DNA of 51,654 nt from an uncultured Candidatus Nitrosopelagicus sp. (GTDB lineage Archaea > Thermoproteota > Nitrososphaeria > Nitrososphaerales > Nitrosopumilaceae): assembly GCA_964419505.1 (NCBI GenBank), contig CAYQPZ010000001.1, forward strand, positions 1 through 51,654, given 5' to 3'. Below are positions 40,059 to 49,664 of this stretch, piece after piece. Every line of letters starts with the position of its first letter. Position 1 is the first letter of the stretch. Both the position numbers and the translations under genes were made by a program. The notes beneath the pieces were generated by a model. It was not told the DNA's origin. It did no database searches and saw only the letters and a list, made by a program, of their open reading frames with translations.

Positions 40059-41858
40059 TCACTTCATAAAATATGGTATACGTATAGGCGTTTTATTCAA
40101 ACATTCCTCATCACTCTTTAAATCATTAACTGTTTGGAACTCTACTTTACAAAATGTTTTAGAATGCTCTTTTAAAATAATTCCATATTCTTCAATCAGA
40201 GTATTTTTCATTTCTAAACTATGAGATGTAAACGATTTCTTGAACATGTACACATCATATCCTTCCTGGTTTAGTTGTTTTAGTAACAGAACTGAATCTT
40301 TTTGTATTCCATTCTTTTTCAGGGGAATTACGTCAAAAGAAATTAGACCATCATATTCTAACAATCGTATTGAATTATTAGATAATACGATACTGTTGGG
40401 TTCTATCCCTTCTAGATCTAATGGATATCTCTCAGAATAATCTTCAGGATTTGTAAAACCTGCATCTCCATATTGAATTGATGGATAGAAATAGAATCCA
40501 ACAATAAAAAACAACGTTAAGCCAATAATTATTAAACCTTTGATAACTTTTAACGAAACTTTGATTTTTTGTTTTTTTTCATTCAATCTGAGAATTTTTT
40601 CTGTTATGAACCCAATCATGATTGACGATAACACAAAAACAGGAATCATATATCGTGCAGGAATTTGTTTATCACCCAGTGATCGCTCTTCCGAAGTTAT
40701 AGCGGAATAGAACCAAACATAACTTATGATAAATATCATGAAAAGAATGATATGAAATCTATGATCTTTTGTTTTAATTGCAATGAATGTTATTAAAAAT
40801 AAAAATGCTAATCCAACTAAGCCAGGCCAATCTTCTCCAAGATAATTGTCAAATTTTAAGTCTAATTGGTTGTAAATACCTGGTATCTGATATGGAAGTA
40901 AATATTTTGAATATATCTTAATGTTTTCAAAATCTTTTGATTCAAATTCTAATAAACTGGAAATAGAATAATCATAAAGCTCTATTTGTTCTATTGTGAG
41001 ATAATTTGCATTTGGATCATTGAAAAAATATGAAAAAAATAACATGTTTCCTAGTAGTAAAATAACCCAGGGAATAATTAGTAAAATAAAAATTTTAATT
41101 GGTTTTCTCCTTTTTATCTTTTTTAGCAATTGCAGACAAAATTTTGACAATTTTATAGAATTATTATTATTTTTAACATCTCTAATCTCAATTGCAATAA
41201 AATATGAAATCACAAAAACAATCTCAATGGGAAATGACATCATTCCAGACATTCGTATCCATGAAGCATATACAAATAATGATGAAGCCAGAAGAATCTG
41301 ATAATTTTTTTTCGTTTTTACAAAATTTATTGTATAAAATATTCCTAAAATAAAAAAAACAGAAAAAACACTTTCTGTCATTAATTCTGTACTGACTCTA
41401 AAAAGTAGATTGCTTGTCACAAGAATCAACAAAGTAGTTAATCCTGCTATACTTCCAAAGAACTTGGTGGTAATTCTCTCGGAAATAATTAATAAAATAA
41501 TGAAAAAAATTGGGGCAAGATAAAATAAACCAGAATATCCTGCAATTTGATAAAATATAGCTCCCAGAACAATTAAACCTGTACTATGTGAGGGTACTGA
41601 TGTATTTTGATCTGTTAAAAACCAACCACCTGTAATGAATTCATAACTTCCATATTTTTCTAATAATTCGTTTGATAGAATAAATTCCCCCTGCGCGAAT
41701 TTTACTGCACTTGCTCCAACATAATATGGGTTGGCGCCTTCATAAAATGGAATAAAATTTGTCATAACTGAATATGCTCCAAAAACTATAATGCAGATTT
41801 TTATAATTAATATTAAAGATTCTGTTTTGTCCCTAAACGGCTTCTGATTTTTTAACAT
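40059..41858 (-). CDS. Polytopic membrane protein, GT-C (ArnT/PMT-like) glycosyltransferase
   Basis: About 11-13 transmembrane segments, ELMTES, WIR, ARYMIP, soluble C-terminal domain. Confidence 0.6.
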   Translation of the reverse strand: MLKNQKPFRDKTESLILIIKICIIVFGAYSVMTNFIPFYEGANPYYVGASAVKFAQGEFILSNELLEKYGSYEFITGGWFLTDQNTSVPSHSTGLIVLGAIFYQIAGYSGLFYLAPIFFIILLIISERITTKFFGSIAGLTTLLILVTSNLLFRVSTELMTESVFSVFFILGIFYTINFVKTKKNYQILLASSLFVYASWIRMSGMMSFPIEIVFVISYFIAIEIRDVKNNNNSIKLSKFCLQLLKKIKRRKPIKIFILLIIPWVILLLGNMLFFSYFFNDPNANYLTIEQIELYDYSISSLLEFESKDFENIKIYSKYLLPYQIPGIYNQLDLKFDNYLGEDWPGLVGLAFLFLITFIAIKTKDHRFHIILFMIFIISYVWFYSAITSEERSLGDKQIPARYMIPVFVLSSIMIGFITEKILRLNEKKQKIKVSLKVIKGLIIIGLTLFFIVGFYFYPSIQYGDAGFTNPEDYSERYPLDLEGIEPNSIVLSNNSIRLLEYDGLISFDVIPLKKNGIQKDSVLLLKQLNQEGYDVYMFKKSFTSHSLEMKNTLIEEYGIILKEHSKTFCKVEFQTVNDLKSDEECLNKTPIRIPYFMK

Positions 41859-42037
41859 TCACCAATTTCTCATTATCTTAATATTTATTCTGCACTACTT
41901 TCAGATTTTCTGAAAAAAGACAAAAATCATTATCCATTAAATATTTTGTGATTACAGAAAAAAGATAGGCAAGTTATATCCAATGTTTCATAGAATTGTG
42001 AAGACTAGCTTATATGAGAATATTGAACAGGTAACAT

Positions 42038-42985
42038 ATGCCTAATGCAATAGTGACTGGTTGTGCAGGTTTCATTGGTTCACATTTAGTTGATGAATTA
42101 TTAAATAAAAATTGGAATGTTTTAGGCATTGATAATTTCCATCCTTATTATGGTAGGAATTTCAAAGAATTAAATTTAAAAAATATGAAAAAATCTACAA
42201 ATTTTAGTTTTATTGAAGGATCTATTCTTTCTGAAAATGATCTTTCTAAATTACCTACAAAAATTGATTATTTATTTCACTATGCAGCTATTGCAGGTGT
42301 TCGTAACTCTATTTTGCATCCAGATGAATATTTTAAAATAAATTTAGAAGGTACGAAGAAATTATTAGAAAGATTTCATAATATAAAGAAAATAATTTTT
42401 GCTTCAACATCATCAGTATATGGAGAAATACATTCTCAAGATTTTCCTGTTAAAGAAACCCAATTACTAAACCCAATTTCTCCATATGGTGAGTCAAAAA
42501 AACAGGCTGAAGAATTTTGTCAAAAGTTTGCTGAAGAAAATGGTGTAGATCTTACCATTTTACGATTTTATACAGTATATGGACCACGGCAACGCCCTGA
42601 TGAAGTATTTACAAAATTTATTCGATTAATTCTAGATGGAGAACGCATTCCAATTTATGGAGATGGTAGTAAAGAGAGAGATTTTACATATGTGTCTGAT
42701 ATTGTAAACGGTTCAATACTTGCAGCAGAAAAAGGGACTGGAATCTATAATTTGGGGACAAATCACCCTGTGACCGTTAATGATATGGTTTCTAGTCTTG
42801 AAAAATTAATGGGACAAAAATTTCAAAAAGAATATGTAAAATCACCAGTAGGTGATACTCAAAAAACTCATGCAAATATTTCTAAAGCACAAAAGGAGTT
42901 AGATTACTTCCCAAAGTTCTCATTTGAAGAAGGAATTAGAAATTGTATCAATTGGTGTAAGGAAACACAGAATATTGTTTCTTAG
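42038..42985 (+). CDS. NAD-dependent epimerase (UDP-glucuronate 4-epimerase-like)
   Basis: TGCAGFIG, AAIAGVR.S, SPYGESK, RFYTVYGPRQRPD, RDFTYV. Confidence 0.9.
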   Translation: MPNAIVTGCAGFIGSHLVDELLNKNWNVLGIDNFHPYYGRNFKELNLKNMKKSTNFSFIEGSILSENDLSKLPTKIDYLFHYAAIAGVRNSILHPDEYFKINLEGTKKLLERFHNIKKIIFASTSSVYGEIHSQDFPVKETQLLNPISPYGESKKQAEEFCQKFAEENGVDLTILRFYTVYGPRQRPDEVFTKFIRLILDGERIPIYGDGSKERDFTYVSDIVNGSILAAEKGTGIYNLGTNHPVTVNDMVSSLEKLMGQKFQKEYVKSPVGDTQKTHANISKAQKELDYFPKFSFEEGIRNCINWCKETQNIVS

Positions 42986-43005
42986 ATGTAGGAATAGATG
43001 ATCTT

Positions 43006-43944
43006 ATGGGCAAAAAGAGTTTTTTTGATAATTTAATAATCCTTGTTATAATTATCGTGATTTTTTATATTGCCATTTTGATTTTTTCTGATATAAATGC
43101 AATTGCCGATAAAATTTCCAATATTCAGATAACTTACCTTCCAATAATTTTTTCTTTAGTAGGAGTGCAACTTGTTGTTCTAGGAATAAAATATCATAGA
43201 ATGCTAAAAAAACTTGGAATAAACATTCCTCTGAATAAAGGCATTAAAATTTACATATCTGGTATTTCATTAATTGCCACTCCCGGTGGAGCTGGAACGG
43301 CTATAAAATCTCATGTGTTAAAAAAGAGGTATAATGTACCATTGTCAAGAACACTACCTACAATCTTCATGGAACGGCTTACAGAACTTGTGGCAATTTT
43401 AATAATTCTTTCATTCTTTTTTTATTGGACTAATCTAGTTGAATCTATATTTGCAATTGCTTTAGGATTAATTTTTACATTCATCATGTATCTTTTAATA
43501 TCTAAAAATAAAATTTTTAACTCACTAAAAATATTTCTGAATAAAATAAATAAATTAAAAAAACTTTCAAATTCTATTGACGATTCAAAGGAATCATTTT
43601 TGATACTGAGTAGAAAAAATACTTTTTTGGAAATGATTGGATGGAGTTTAGTTGCAAAACTTGCTCAGCTTTTTGCAGTTTATTTTATTTTTCTGTCATT
43701 AAACGTTGATCTTGGTGCATTATTGACAGGGCAGATTTATTACACATCATTAGTTTTAGGATCCTTGACATTCCTTCCTTCTGGAATAGTCATTACTGAA
43801 TCCACCATGATTGCTATTCTTCTTAATCATGGAATAGATTTTTCATTGGCTACATTATTGGTAATTTTTACTAGATTAATCACAACGTGGTTTAGCACTA
43901 TTTTGGGTATAATTACTCTTAAAACTATTCAAACATCTAAATAA
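43006..43944 (+). CDS. Lysylphosphatidylglycerol-synthase TM / UPF0104 (AglD2-like) flippase-like membrane protein
   Basis: TPGGAG..IK, MERLTE, PSGIVITE, RLITTW; about 8 TM segments. Confidence 0.8.
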   Translation: MGKKSFFDNLIILVIIIVIFYIAILIFSDINAIADKISNIQITYLPIIFSLVGVQLVVLGIKYHRMLKKLGINIPLNKGIKIYISGISLIATPGGAGTAIKSHVLKKRYNVPLSRTLPTIFMERLTELVAILIILSFFFYWTNLVESIFAIALGLIFTFIMYLLISKNKIFNSLKIFLNKINKLKKLSNSIDDSKESFLILSRKNTFLEMIGWSLVAKLAQLFAVYFIFLSLNVDLGALLTGQIYYTSLVLGSLTFLPSGIVITESTMIAILLNHGIDFSLATLLVIFTRLITTWFSTILGIITLKTIQTSK

Positions 43945-43953
43945 AAAATTTAA

Positions 43954-45264
43954 CTAATCTCCAAGACCAATTGCACTAAATGATATATTTTTAAATTTTT
44001 TGTGATCTAATATTCTTGTGGCGTCAATCACATTTGCCTTTTTCATGTTTTTTTGAAAGTCTTTTGATTTCAGATTTTTGTATTCGTCCCATCCAACCAT
44101 TATTATACAACAATGTGAATTTAACATTCCCTCTGATACAGTTTTACAATACTTGATTTTATCATGAAAAATCTCTTTGAAGTTGTCCAGTGCCATTGGA
44201 TCATGAATTTTTACCTTCATATTATTTTTTAACAGAATTTTTACCAGTGAAATTGCTTTAGAATCTCGAACATCATCTGTGTTTTTCTTAAATGCAATTC
44301 CAAGAATTGAAATTGTATTTCCTTTATTGAAAATGCCCATTTTTTTAATTATTTCAATTATTCTCTTTGGTTGATCATCATTGACTATTTTTACTGACTT
44401 TAAAATAGAATTCAAGTTATGTGTTTTTTTTGAAAATTCTATTAGAGCAGAAAGATCTTTTGGCAAACAACTTCCTCCAAAACCTGGTCCTGCATTTAAA
44501 AATAAAGATCCAATTCTAGGATCTTTTCCAATTGCATATGCAATAGTTTTAACATCAGCATTTGGAATATTTTGGCAAATATTTGCAATAGAGTTGATAA
44601 AGCTAATTTTTGTAGATAAAAATGCATTATTTGAATATTTTATCATTTCTGCACTTGAAAGATCTGTAAAGAGAATTTCAGGACATTTTTTATAAAAACT
44701 TTGATAATATTTTTTTAATTCTAATCCATCCCCAGTTTTATTTTCTCCAATTACAATCAGATGTGGATTAAGTAAATCTTCGATGGCTAAGCTTTCTCGT
44801 AAAAATTCTGGATTTACTACAACCTTAACATTTTTTATTTTATTGAATTGGGGATGAATAATTTGTGACGTAGTAGTTGGCGTCACTGTGCTTTTTATAA
44901 CTACTGTATGTTTTTCTTTTTTAGTTTTTAGAATTTGAACTAAAGAGGAAATTACGCTTTCTACAGATGACAAATCAATTTTACCATTATTTAATGGAGG
45001 TGTTCCAACTGTCACAAAAGTAATATCTGTTTTTAAAATCTCTCTAAGATTATTCGTAAATTTAATATTATTTTTTTTAATCGATTCTTTTAGAAATCTT
45101 TCTAGTTTTGGTTCATAAAAATCTGATAATCCTTTTCTATTTTTCTCTAATTTTTTGGAATTTGTCTCAATACCAATAGTATCAAATCCTTTTTTTGCAT
45201 TTACAGCAGCTAATGTTAAACCTACAAATCCTAAACCTATAATTGAAATTTTTGGTTTTTTCAT
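43954..45264 (-). CDS. ugd: UDP-glucose 6-dehydrogenase (AglM/Ugd-like)
   Basis: GLGFVG, VGTP, KSTV, NPEFLRE, KYSNNAFL, GFGGSCLPKD, DDVRDS. Confidence 0.9.
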   Translation of the reverse strand: MKKPKISIIGLGFVGLTLAAVNAKKGFDTIGIETNSKKLEKNRKGLSDFYEPKLERFLKESIKKNNIKFTNNLREILKTDITFVTVGTPPLNNGKIDLSSVESVISSLVQILKTKKEKHTVVIKSTVTPTTTSQIIHPQFNKIKNVKVVVNPEFLRESLAIEDLLNPHLIVIGENKTGDGLELKKYYQSFYKKCPEILFTDLSSAEMIKYSNNAFLSTKISFINSIANICQNIPNADVKTIAYAIGKDPRIGSLFLNAGPGFGGSCLPKDLSALIEFSKKTHNLNSILKSVKIVNDDQPKRIIEIIKKMGIFNKGNTISILGIAFKKNTDDVRDSKAISLVKILLKNNMKVKIHDPMALDNFKEIFHDKIKYCKTVSEGMLNSHCCIIMVGWDEYKNLKSKDFQKNMKKANVIDATRILDHKKFKNISFSAIGLGD

Positions 45265-46097
45265 TTTAATGATACTAATACCTTTGAATATGTTTCAGGT
45301 GTTCCAATATCAACTCTTTTTTCATTCTTTTTTAAAACAACTCCAATCATTTTATCTCCTTTCTTTAAAGCCATTTCAAATGCATCGGATAATTGATTTT
45401 GCGGAGAAGACTGTTTTTTCACAAGAGATAGGTATTTGAAAATTTTTGGTTTAAATATGTAAATTGCAATTATAGCATTTTTAGATTTAGGTTTCTTTGG
45501 TTTTTCAACTATTTCTTTGATATCTATTATACCATTTTCTAAAATTGTACCTGAAACAACACCATATTGAGAAGGATCTTCTACTTCTTCAATTAAACAT
45601 GCTATGTCTGCTTTGTATTTCTTAAAACTATTTTCTAATCTTCTCAAATGACTATTTTCCTTAGAAATTACTATGTCATCTCCTGCATGTAGTAAAAAAT
45701 GATTGTCGGTTGCAAATTTTTTTCCATATGCTATTGCATCTCCAAAACCAACTGGTTTTGCTTGTGTAATAAACACAAGTTTTACTCTTTTTAATTTTTT
45801 AAAAAAATCATTTAGTTGTGATCGTAGTTCCATTTTTCTTTCTTTCTTTAATAAATCTAAAAGATCAAAATTTGGAGTAAAATGATCTTTTACGGCTCTT
45901 TTGGTTCTACCAACGATAAAACAAAAATCTCTAATATTATAATCATAGAGTGACTCGAAAATTACTTGTAAAATCGGTTTTAGAATTAATTTTCCTTTTT
46001 TATTTTTATCATAGATTGGCAACATTTCTTTCGGAATTTCCTTTGTTAATGGTAATAGCCTTGTGCCTAAACCGCCAACTGTGATAATACATTTCAC
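45261..46097 (-). CDS. Sugar-1-phosphate nucleotidyltransferase (GalU/AglF-like)
   Basis: GGLGTRLLPLTKEIPKEMLP, GFGDAI, YGVV, IVEKP, DIGT. Confidence 0.9.
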   Translation of the reverse strand: MKCIITVGGLGTRLLPLTKEIPKEMLPIYDKNKKGKLILKPILQVIFESLYDYNIRDFCFIVGRTKRAVKDHFTPNFDLLDLLKKERKMELRSQLNDFFKKLKRVKLVFITQAKPVGFGDAIAYGKKFATDNHFLLHAGDDIVISKENSHLRRLENSFKKYKADIACLIEEVEDPSQYGVVSGTILENGIIDIKEIVEKPKKPKSKNAIIAIYIFKPKIFKYLSLVKKQSSPQNQLSDAFEMALKKGDKMIGVVLKKNEKRVDIGTPETYSKVLVSLK

Positions 46098-46118
46098 ATA
46101 ATCCAGAATTAAGACCTT

Positions 46119-47075
46119 CTACTTAATCTGTTTGCTTGATTCTGAATTATTCATTCTTAAATTATACAAAATCTCTTCTAACAAAATTGATTGTCTTCCT
46201 AAAATTGATGATATTACTGCCATAAGCGTGGATACTGCACCAACTATTAGGAACAACATTGCTAACATTGTTGATGGGTAGTATGGCGCAACACTACCTG
46301 TTGCATAAAAATGATTCAATACAAATACTGAGAAACTAATTCCAATTGTAAACAGAATACCTGCTAGAATCCCGAAAAATTTTACTGCACGATAATAAAC
46401 AATGGTTGCAGCAACAATTGTAAGAGTTTTAGAGGCATATGAAAAGATATTTGAGATTAATCTAGATTTATCTGCTCTTTTTCTAAATGTGACAGGCACA
46501 TTTACCATTTTCAATCCTTTGAATTTTGTTTCAATCAAAGTCTCTTGAGTAAAAGTATAACTTGAAAAAATATGCAGTTTGGCAACAGTCTCTCTAGTAT
46601 ATGCTCTAAATCCTGATTGACCATCCGAAATCTTCATTTTAATTAATGATGAGAGAGTTCTTGTGACCATTCTATTTCCAATTTTATTTCCAAATTTCAT
46701 ATGGTCTAATTTTTTTACTTGTCTGTCTCCTAATACCATATCTGCTGTTTTATCAACAATTGGATTCACTACTAATGGAATTTCTCCAGAATCATATTGA
46801 TCATCAGCATCCGTTAAAACTAAGATATCTGAACCAGTTTCAAGAAATTTTTTAAAACCTTCTGACACAGCTTTAGCTCTACCTTGATTTTGTCGAAATG
46901 AAATTACCTCTGCTCCAGATTCTTTAGAAATTCTAGCAGTTTCATCAGATGAACCATCATCAATTACTAGTATCTCAATTTTATTAATTGATGGTATTTC
47001 TTTAGGAATCTCATCAATCACTTTTTTTATTGTTTTTTCTTCATTAAAAGCTGGAATTAAAACAGTTAACCTCAA
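46119..47075 (-). CDS. GT2 polyprenol-phosphate glycosyltransferase (DPM1/AglJ-like) with two C-terminal TM helices
   Basis: LIPAFNEE, IDDGSSD, TDADDQY, DGQSGFRA. Confidence 0.9.
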   Translation of the reverse strand: MRLTVLIPAFNEEKTIKKVIDEIPKEIPSINKIEILVIDDGSSDETARISKESGAEVISFRQNQGRAKAVSEGFKKFLETGSDILVLTDADDQYDSGEIPLVVNPIVDKTADMVLGDRQVKKLDHMKFGNKIGNRMVTRTLSSLIKMKISDGQSGFRAYTRETVAKLHIFSSYTFTQETLIETKFKGLKMVNVPVTFRKRADKSRLISNIFSYASKTLTIVAATIVYYRAVKFFGILAGILFTIGISFSVFVLNHFYATGSVAPYYPSTMLAMLFLIVGAVSTLMAVISSILGRQSILLEEILYNLRMNNSESSKQIK

Positions 47076-47132
47076 TTTTCATCACTACCTATTTTATACA
47101 TATAAAATCTCCATGTTTATCATATTAGCGCA

Positions 47133-47531
47133 TCAATCTAATCCTTGTTTAGGCCTTCCTACCTTTTTATCTGCCTTAGGCCTTCCAACTTTTCTTTCTT
47201 TTCGTAAGGTTCTTGTTTTTTCTTTAAAGTCCATTCCTTTTTCAAATAATTCCCAAATCAAGATTTTTACTAATTTTGTCATTTTTTGTTCAAGATTTCG
47301 TTGATATTCAGGACTATTCAAAATTTCTCCAAAATTCTTACCACCAAGCTTGATATCTTTTTCTTCCAATGCATTACCAACTAATTCTTTTGCTAATGTC
47401 AAACCTACATAGAATTTTACTCCTGAACGAATAATTTCATTATAGCTCAAGCCGTACTGTTCTTTAATTCGCTCAATTTCACTAAATTCATCATCTGGAA
47501 ATCTAGCTCTGAGGGTATTCCATTCAGTCAT
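47133..47531 (-). CDS. Putative DNA-binding protein: ribbon-helix-helix-like N-terminus and two AT-hook-like motifs
   Basis: TLRARFPDDEFSEIERIKEQYGLSYNEIIR; C-terminal RKVGRPK...KKVGRPK. Confidence 0.55.
   Translation of the reverse strand: MTEWNTLRARFPDDEFSEIERIKEQYGLSYNEIIRSGVKFYVGLTLAKELVGNALEEKDIKLGGKNFGEILNSPEYQRNLEQKMTKLVKILIWELFEKGMDFKEKTRTLRKERKVGRPKADKKVGRPKQGLD
47149..47186. repeat. 27-nt-period direct repeat (ttaggccttcc x2) encoding the two GRPK motifs
   Basis: Copies at 47149-47159 and 47176-47186. Confidence 0.8.
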
Positions 47532-47661
47532 ATCTTATAATTAATGTTATCACTTTAGTACTTTTTTATCTATTACTTCTCTTTAATTCTCTACATAACA
47601 TGTCATTGTAATCAAAAAAGCGAAACTAATAATTCCTTGATTAATCTAATTTTCATAAATC

Positions 47662-48411
47662 ATGAAAAATGAAAAAGATATGGTAGTAGGTTTAGGCGAA
47701 ATAGGGTCACCGATTCTAAAACTTTTATCTAAATCCCGAAATGTGGTAGGATATGATATTAATCCTAAATTAATGAATCAAAAAAAATTTGATAGTTGTA
47801 AGAATTTAGATACAGTATTTCTTCATATATGTATTCCATTTTCTAAAAAATTTCAATCGAATGTAAGACGTCTGTACAAACAATTTTTACCAAGTTGCAT
47901 TATTATTCATAGTACAGTTAGTCCATATACAACAAAAAAATTACAACATAATTTGGAAATTCCTATAATTTATAGTGCAACCAGAGGTGTTCATAAAAGA
48001 ATGCTTCATGATTTAAGGAGATACACAAAATTTTTTGCCATTGAAAAAGATGCACCAAGGGAAAAATGGGCGTCCACACACTTTACTAAAATTATGAAGA
48101 AATCTGGTATTAAGACAAAAAAAATGTCCAAACCATTAACATTAGAAATCGCTAAAATTGTAGTTGATACTTCATACTATGGTTGGCTAATTAATTATGC
48201 ACAGATGAGTCACACCATTTCAACTAGGCACAAAATCGATTATGATGAGATGTGGTCATTTTCAGACGAAATTCATAAATTTTTAGGTAATAGACCAAAA
48301 ATGTTCCCTGGTTTTATTGGAGGACACTGTGTGATTCCAAATTTGTCCTTAATTGATGAAAAATTATTGTGGCAAATTGATAAGATCAATAATTCTTTTA
48401 GTAAAAAATAA
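47662..48411 (+). CDS. Short nucleotide-sugar dehydrogenase-like protein lacking the C-terminal domain
   Basis: VVGLGEIG, HICIP, IHSTV, EIAK, PGFIGGHCVIPN. Confidence 0.75.
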   Translation: MKNEKDMVVGLGEIGSPILKLLSKSRNVVGYDINPKLMNQKKFDSCKNLDTVFLHICIPFSKKFQSNVRRLYKQFLPSCIIIHSTVSPYTTKKLQHNLEIPIIYSATRGVHKRMLHDLRRYTKFFAIEKDAPREKWASTHFTKIMKKSGIKTKKMSKPLTLEIAKIVVDTSYYGWLINYAQMSHTISTRHKIDYDEMWSFSDEIHKFLGNRPKMFPGFIGGHCVIPNLSLIDEKLLWQIDKINNSFSKK

Positions 48412-48567
48412 CTAGAAAGACAAAATGAGTAGATGTTTAGAGATCAACCGGATTCCAGTTAACTGATATGTCTCCAAACAATCATACTACATAATTTTGA
48501 AATTGTGTTTATCTAATAAATCTACTTGGTAATTCAAGCATACTTCTTCTAACTTCATCTAGTTGAC

Positions 48568-48574
48568 TTTTAAA
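48568..48574 (+). promoter_or_regulatory. Putative TATA box for mtnA
   Basis: TTTTAAA 24-30 nt upstream of the ATG at 48598. Confidence 0.45.
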
Positions 48575-48597
48575 TATAGTATAGATTTTTTTTCTTT

Positions 48598-49659
48598 ATG
48601 TCAGAATCACAAACTAATTCATCTATTAGAACAGTTGAGTGGAAAAATAATAAAGTGATTATGATTGATCAAACAAAGTTACCTAATCATTTGGTTTTTG
48701 TAGAATATGATGATTACAATCAAGTAGCTAGTGCAATAAAAAATCTAGTTGTTCGAGGTGCGCCTGCAATAGGAGTTTCAGGAGCTTTTGGCTTAGCTTT
48801 AGCTGTTTTGCAGAGTAATTCTTCAACAAAAGAAAATCTTATTTCTGATCTTAAGAAAGCCAAACAGATTCTTTTTGAGACTAGACCAACTGCTGTAAAC
48901 TTGGGTTGGGGTTTGGAACAGATTATGAAAGTTGCAGAGTCAGGTAATTCAGTGGAAGAAATTAAAGATCTTGTTATTAATGAAGCAAAAAAAATGGCAG
49001 ATAATGACATTGAGATAAATAAGACAATGGGTAAATTTGGCGCAGAACTATTTGATAATAATGATACCATTATGACTCATTGTAATGCAGGAGCTTTGGC
49101 AACTGTAGCATATGGCACTGCTTTGGGAGTAATTAGGGCAACAAAAGAAAGCGGTAAAAATATCAAAGTCATAGCAACTGAAACTAGACCGATTCAACAG
49201 GGTTCACGATTAACTACGTTTGAATTAAAACATGATGGATTTGATGTTAGTCTAATTCCAGATACTGCAGTGGGCTATAGTATGACAAATGGATTAGTTG
49301 ATAAAGTTGTAGTTGGTGCTGATAGAATTGTGCGAACTGGTCACGTATTTAATAAAATTGGAACTTATCAAGTTGCTACTATGGCAAAGCAACACGGAAT
49401 TCCATTCTATGTAGCTGCACCATTGTCTACTTTTGATATGCAAACCGATGCAAAAGATGTAATTATAGAAATGAGAAAAGGAACAGAAGTCACTGGAATA
49501 GGTGACAGTAAGACAGCTCCAGATGGAATAAACGTAATTAATCCTGCTTTTGATATGACTCCTCCTGAGTTAATTTCAGGTATAATTACTGAAAAAGGAG
49601 TGGTAAAACCCCCTTTTGAGGAATCAATAAAGAAACTTTTCATCAGCAAGAATGAGTAA
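48598..49659 (+). CDS. mtnA: S-methyl-5-thioribose-1-phosphate isomerase
   Basis: IDQTKLP, VRGAPAIG, TRPTAVNL, THCNAGALAT, ETRP..QGSRLT, NKIGTY, NPAFD.TP. Confidence 0.93.
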   Translation: MSESQTNSSIRTVEWKNNKVIMIDQTKLPNHLVFVEYDDYNQVASAIKNLVVRGAPAIGVSGAFGLALAVLQSNSSTKENLISDLKKAKQILFETRPTAVNLGWGLEQIMKVAESGNSVEEIKDLVINEAKKMADNDIEINKTMGKFGAELFDNNDTIMTHCNAGALATVAYGTALGVIRATKESGKNIKVIATETRPIQQGSRLTTFELKHDGFDVSLIPDTAVGYSMTNGLVDKVVVGADRIVRTGHVFNKIGTYQVATMAKQHGIPFYVAAPLSTFDMQTDAKDVIIEMRKGTEVTGIGDSKTAPDGINVINPAFDMTPPELISGIITEKGVVKPPFEESIKKLFISKNE

Positions 49660-49664
49660 TAAAA

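Noticed and set aside
48412-48597. Possible gene remnant on the minus strand of this intergenic gap
   Set aside because: Only a 23-codon ORF with no recognisable similarity.
48598-49659. Translation factor aIF-2B subunit, or an island-specific SAM by-product salvage gene
   Set aside because: The motifs fit MtnA, and it looks like a flanking housekeeping gene. A link to the island's SAM enzymes cannot be supported from sequence.
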